A stretch of DNA of 64,000 bases from assembly GCF_009914755.1 (NCBI RefSeq), contig NC_060927.1; one strand, given 5' to 3'. This stretch comes from the human T2T-CHM13v2.0 reference genome, Homo sapiens. The notes beneath the pieces are model-generated. The model was not told the origin of the DNA and ran no database searches. It worked only from the letters and a program-made list of their open reading frames with translations. Made by a program: the position numbers and the translations under genes. Of the stretch, positions 57,951 to 64,000 are shown piece after piece. The number at the start of each line of letters is the position of its first letter. The first letter of the stretch is position 1.

Positions 57951-60900
57951 ATGAGAATTGCCACAAACAGTAGATGGTAGATTTTGGAGAGGAGCTGTCA
58001 TTGGAGCTGTATTTTGCATAGTTTTGACCAACAGAGATGGGAAAAGATAATTCCTGGTGGAGGGCACAGTGAAAGGGAAGGGAGAACATCTCTAAAGCAG
58101 GCATCTTAAACAGCCATATCAGGTAGTCATTTATTGAAGCAAAGGGTGCACAAAGGAAGAGAGTAGGAAAGAAAGGTGAAAGTAAAGACTAGGATTATAC
58201 CCCAAAGGACCCTTTGAAATTCATAGTTGGATAAATCTACAATGAAAATTGTTAAGCAGAATTTAGATATTTAGGGTATATTCAAAAGTTTTAAGGCAGG
58301 TGTCTTGGAAGACGGTTATCCCATTTCATTTAATGTTAGAAGCAGGATGCTGGGTAGATGGACCACAGCCCTGCTGCCCAGGGACTAACGGCAAGCTCAG
58401 AGTCAATGCCATTAGCCTGTTGCCCTATAAGTATAAAGTCTGGCCTGGTGAGCAGGAACAGTCATCTCCCGCTCCATCCAGGTTTACAGAAAATATTCAG
58501 AAGGAGCTATTGACAAGCAATTTTTCCTTGTAATGAAAGGGAGACAAAGAGTACATTACTAGTTTCAGATTAAAATAATGGAGCATAAAATGCTTCACCT
58601 TAAAAAATTATTTCATCTTATGAAATAATTTCATGCTATGTGATTTTTCTGCCGATGCAAGTGTTTGGCTGGTACAACAGCGTACTAACAGGTATATTCT
58701 AACTTGAACAATCTGACCATTTTTAAAAAACATGAGTGAGAAAGAAATTCATTCAGCTGACATAACTGGAATTCTAATTTCAGATCTTCATGGCCTCACT
58801 AAATATTTCTCATAACATTTATGGTTTAGTTTTTACATCATCAGCAATAATGTGAAAGGTATCAATCTCTTCTACAAGGTTGCCACAAGAAATTAACTGA
58901 TAATTGTAATAAAGCAAGAATTTAAATATAGAAGTTTAAATTATTGATAAATAATACTGCATTTATTTGTGTTTTAGAACCCAATGTGTCCTTATTTTGC
59001 CAAGCATTTCTTATTTTATATTGATGAGCATTAGATAACTTAGTTCATGGGTAAAGATCAAATGTAATGAAGGAGGGAAATTTATTTTTTGTTTCCAGAA
59101 ATGCATACAAAAATAGCTGGCCTCATCTAGACCATTATTAATGGTTTACAAAAGTGGCCACAAAATGGCAGAAATAAAAGTTTTATTTCCTCAGAAGAAT
59201 CTTGTATTTGTGGTCCAGAATACAGTCCAGGTTAACTCCCAGCTATTTTCCTTAGAATTGGCCTCATGATGCATCAGGAGTTGTCTAAGGGAAATCAGGT
59301 GACTCCCGCCACAGCGATCCCTTTGGCCTGTCCAGCTCAAATCAATAAGGGAGTGAGATGCCAAACCACTGTTTTTAACTAGATTTGGAGTTATAAGCCT
59401 TGGATTCCAGTGTTAGCACCACCACTAATTTGCCCTTTGATTTCGCTGTTTTAGCCTATCTTCATTGGTGAAAAGGGATAATAATAACTTCAACCCACCT
59501 CACAGAAATGTAGTAAGGAGGAAAAAAAAATCAATGCATGTGGAAGTTCTCTGAAAAGCTAAAAGGCCAAATATAAACATAGATATTATTTTTATAAGGG
59601 CCTGGAATTACTCAACCTTTTGTTTCTAACTTCAAGCTTGAGAAAAAGCTTTCTATTTCCTTCTGCTCCTAATTTGGACAAAAGATACAAAGCATTCCAC
59701 TTGGACTTTTCCCCTTCTTCAAGCATTTGGCTTGCAGAAGCCTTTTGTCAACCAACTCATAAAGTTGAAAGGGGAAATCTGAACTCCACTCCGAGTCTGG
59801 GGTGTGGAGGTGGAAATAACAGGAAATGTCACTAGAACTTTCCTGGTCTCCAAGGGGAAACCGGGCAGGACCAAATACAAAGATAAGTACAACCACACAG
59901 CCTGTTAGACCACTGCAGAGAATGAGGTTTGGTTTTAAAGTTGGATGGCAGCAGAGGTGGCTTGACTCTACATAAAGCTAATCTAGCAGCAGAGTCAAAA
60001 TTGTTGGGATAGGAATTATACAAGTTTTGCCTCAGTCATAAGAGATGACACATGAAGTGTCTTTCTACCTCGGAGACTCGTGTCCATGATGATTCCTCTG
60101 CCCAGAGGACCCCTTTTTTGCTTCCCCTTGTTGTCCTTTTTAAGGAGGTCTTTCTTAGGGACGTTTTTCCACCCAATGCCACTGCCCTAACCCAATCCAG
60201 ATCATGTCCAGTGCAAAAACTCAGAGCATCCTGCACTCCTCCAGGTATGCATTGATCATTGGAATGATCAGTTCATTATTTTGACTGTTTGACTATTGTT
60301 CTTTTCCCCCTCCCCTAATAAGATCCCTGAGGACAAAGAACCGTTTGATTTCATAGTATCCTCAGAGTGGAGCAGAATGCCAAGCTCAAAGTGGGACCTC
60401 ATTAAATATTTATTGAATGAGTGATGAAAGAAATATGATCTGAAAAGAACTCCAAAGCAGATTATCTCAGATCTTACATCATTTCTAGGGAGGTATATTC
60501 ATGCAAATATATGCTATTTACAATAAGCCTCTTAATTTACTGTTGCTCAGGGAAGACATGTGCAAGTGGAGGGAAATCATACAATGAGGAGGTTAAGAAA
60601 TCAATTATAATAATTTAGTAGTAAGGTAGTATTCAGGTGTTGCACATCCTGAATAAGGGGTCCTTAAGGACTAGACAGTTTACAAGGTCCCAACTACCCA
60701 TGCCTAGATGTTTTGAAGGAGGGACATGAAAAGGGCAGAGCCATCACTTCTCAGGCTTGAAGGCACAAGCAACAGTCAGCAGACATCAGAGAAAAACTTC
60801 CTTCTGGGCCTGTGTCATGTGATAGAACAGAAGGTTGTATGATGGAGCCACTAAGTCTTTCTGAAGCTATCAACACAGCTCCCAGAGACACAGGTAAAAT

Positions 60901-62084
60901 AGCCAGTTTTGCTGTGTTCTGTTTACTTTCTTCTGTTCCAGAAAGTTGAAAAGTATGGCTAATTTGCATTCATATGGTGTGAATGCAAATAAATCAGGAA
61001 GAGAAAATGTTCAAAAACTATCATTCAAGCTCTACAGTATGGTGAAGAAGTTTAAGTTCTTAATCTTTATCATTAAGACTATGCTTTTTGGAAAAAGGTG
61101 AGTCCCCTCCCCCCACGTGTTGGTTTTTTTTCTCTCACTCTCTCTTGTTCTCACTTAACACATTTGGTGCAATTTTTTTTTTAACAAAATAAGGTTTTAA
61201 TTTTTGCACTGTGGTCATTCTATGAAACATATCATTAAATTCCATCTTCCTCTCTAAGTGGCTTGAATTTGATTTTCTGGCAGCTCAATCTACCCCATTT
61301 ATTTGTGTGTTGAATCTGAAGAAAAGAATAAGGATGCTGAGTAATGAAAATTGTGTCTTTTCTGGGGCTTTTAAAGCTATAAGGTTTCTATTCGTTCCTT
61401 TGAAATACTGTACACAGTAAATTACATTGCAAATAGAGATGAATTAAGTGAAACTGAGAGATCAGAGAAGAAATAAAGAGGTGCCAATTTCTGTAGAGGG
61501 TCTTGAATGGATGATACTATATACAATCTATGTTGTTCTTCTACTGTGTCCTACCTAATATTCTGCAAATTCTAACTATTTAAAGGTAGATAGAAATGAA
61601 ACCATTTAAATGCTGCTTAATAATTTCAAAATAGCAATGAGCAGGGGACTTTCTCTTATGTGTCATCAGCCATATAACCCCCTTTACTTTTGCCACTGCT
61701 CCTGCTACTACTGGAAGAAATCCCAAAAACTCAGATAATCAAAACCCAAAGAGGGTTTATATTTTTTCTATTTCATATTCAAAGCCTATCTCAAGCTATG
61801 AACTGCCTTCATTCCTGAAATTGTTTGAAATTCACTAATTTTATTTTTCCTTTGGGAGAGAAAGAACAAGTCATGATAGAAGAGGAAACTGCCGTTTGTT
61901 GCCTTCTGTGCAACCTCTTACTCCATTTAGCTGAAGCTGGGAGTGCAGACCTGGGTTTACTCCATGCTGGGGAGGAGTCAGTATTTTTCTGTTACAATGA
62001 GCATCTAGCTGAGTTCCCTAAACATAGAAAATGTTCAATGTAAATTTAGCAAAAGAATGGGTGAATGAAAGAATACAATTTTCT

Positions 62085-62392
<308 letters not shown>

Positions 62393-63679
62393 CACTGTAT
62401 TAAAATGAATCATTTTCATCCTATGATTTTACTACAATTTGAAATCCATTGTCAATCAGGCTTTGCAAAATAGGTAATATGCCTCCCTATAAAGAGATCA
62501 TAACAAATGTGCCTTTGAAGAACCTGAGAAAAAAGGGACCTGTGCTCAAGTAAGCGTTACATACCATATCTTGTCTCCGTAACACTTAGAAGCTTCTCTG
62601 TGAGTAGAAAGGATCATTTTAGAGTGTGAGGCAAAGTAAGGTGTTCACAGCAACAGATATGTTTAAAATGTTTCATTCAGGCTGAGCAATGACCTGTCTC
62701 AATCAAACCACCATTGCCAACCTTCTTGTTCCATCATCACTTTGTTACGGAGACATACGATGACTTACTCAGGGAGAAATCTTTGCTTTTATCTGATCCT
62801 CGGCTGAATCTTGTCTGCATATTGTTCCTTTGCTTTTACTGTTTTTCTCTCTGTGACTATGGAATTTTCCCTTTGGTTTCTCTTCAAGGGGTCCTCGTGT
62901 TTAAGGGGTGAGGGAATGATTGTCTACTGCAGTCTGCCTTAATAAAAGTGGCAAGCTCTTGGCTTCCCCGTGGTATGGCTCTATCCACCACGGGGGCAGA
63001 GCTTAACTACACCATGTAGATGTGCCTGCCAGTCAGGGACCGCTGTAACTGTCGCCCCTTACGTGTGCTGTGTGCCCTACCGGGCTTCCCCAGAGAATGG
63101 TGACAACCAAGGCAAGGTAAACCCTGTTCCATGTTAACTGGGAGCGCAGAATTCCTTTAAAGTCAAACTTTGCGAACAAGAATAATCTTGAAAAAGACCC
63201 TTTAGGCGCAAATCAACGCTCAAGAACGTTGCCAATCACTTGTAACCTCCTTAGGCATTTCACGGATGTGTTATTTATGCTCAAGGAGGGGTCTCCTTTC
63301 AGCCCGGCAACCCAAATCTTTGCTCTGTGCTTCGGACTCAGTGGGGGCTTGTCGGATGAGCCACTGGGAAAATATGCGTCCCCTCACTTCTCCTTAATCA
63401 ACTAAGGTCACCTTGACGGAGCGCTTCCCTGTCCCTCTGGGGCTACCTCTGTGGTACCCTGACCTGTCCCTCTACGAGAAATTCTCTACCTGTTCTGGAG
63501 GTTTCCTGGGAATCCCGGGTTCCTAGCTCCCTGGACCTGCCTGCAAGCAGAAATATCCGCCGGTCTCCACCCCCCACCCCCAAACTCTGGGACAGCAGTG
63601 GGTACTGCACTAGCCATTAATGGCCATCATCTATTTTTAATCGGAAGATCACAAGAAAGATGGTAAGCGAATCCCAGTC

Positions 63680-64000
63680 GCAAGTCAATTTAAATAACAT
63701 TCCTGGGGAAATCCAATCACTTAAAACGGAGACACCTACGCGAGCGAGAGCCCCCGCCCGTCTGGCGGGCCTAAGCGCGAAGGCTGAATTAATCAAGATC
63801 AAGGGGCTCCCGGGCTGAGAGCAGAGCGTTAACCCTTCCAGTCCCAGAGAGCGACAAGGCGGGGGAGGAAAAACGCGCCGGCCGGGGCCAAGATGCCCAT
63901 GGCAGCCCCGCGCGGGCTGCCTCTGACATTTAGGGAGGCTCCGGAAGCCTTGCACCCGGCCCGGGCGGTTGGGCGCGAGAGGTTAAGGTCAGAAGCTCGG
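63680..64000. promoter_or_regulatory. Edge of a CpG island (probable promoter region continuing beyond the window)
   Basis: Non-repeat sequence with steeply rising GC and CpG density (acgcgagcgag, cgcgccggccgg, cccgcgcgggc); CpG enrichment starts ~63000. Confidence 0.85.

Overview
Primate (human-like) genomic DNA dominated by interspersed repeats: about 20 Alus, old L1/L2/MIR fragments, MaLR and ERV1 LTRs, hAT/Tigger DNA transposon relics and one 5'-truncated SVA. It ends at the edge of a CpG island (~63.7-64 kb). I found no intact protein-coding gene; nearly all ORFs in the track are repeat-derived or chance, and I could not identify the locus from sequence alone. The main discovery is a decayed single-coding-exon gene on the minus strand (~11796 to 10375). 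It has a splice acceptor, an ATG with a signal-peptide-like leader (MSVLYILSGLLLIVCSG), 23 Gln/Lys-rich octapeptide repeats (QMHGQAPK/LMQGQIPE), a cysteine-rich domain whose spacing resembles a TGF-beta/GDNF-type cystine knot once frameshifts are repaired, a C-terminal tail and an AATAAA. A ~165 bp copy of the Cys domain sits inside a MER39 LTR 2 kb away, and differences between the two copies favour the proposed reading frame. Repeat family names are assigned by eye from remembered consensus sequences and boundaries are approximate.
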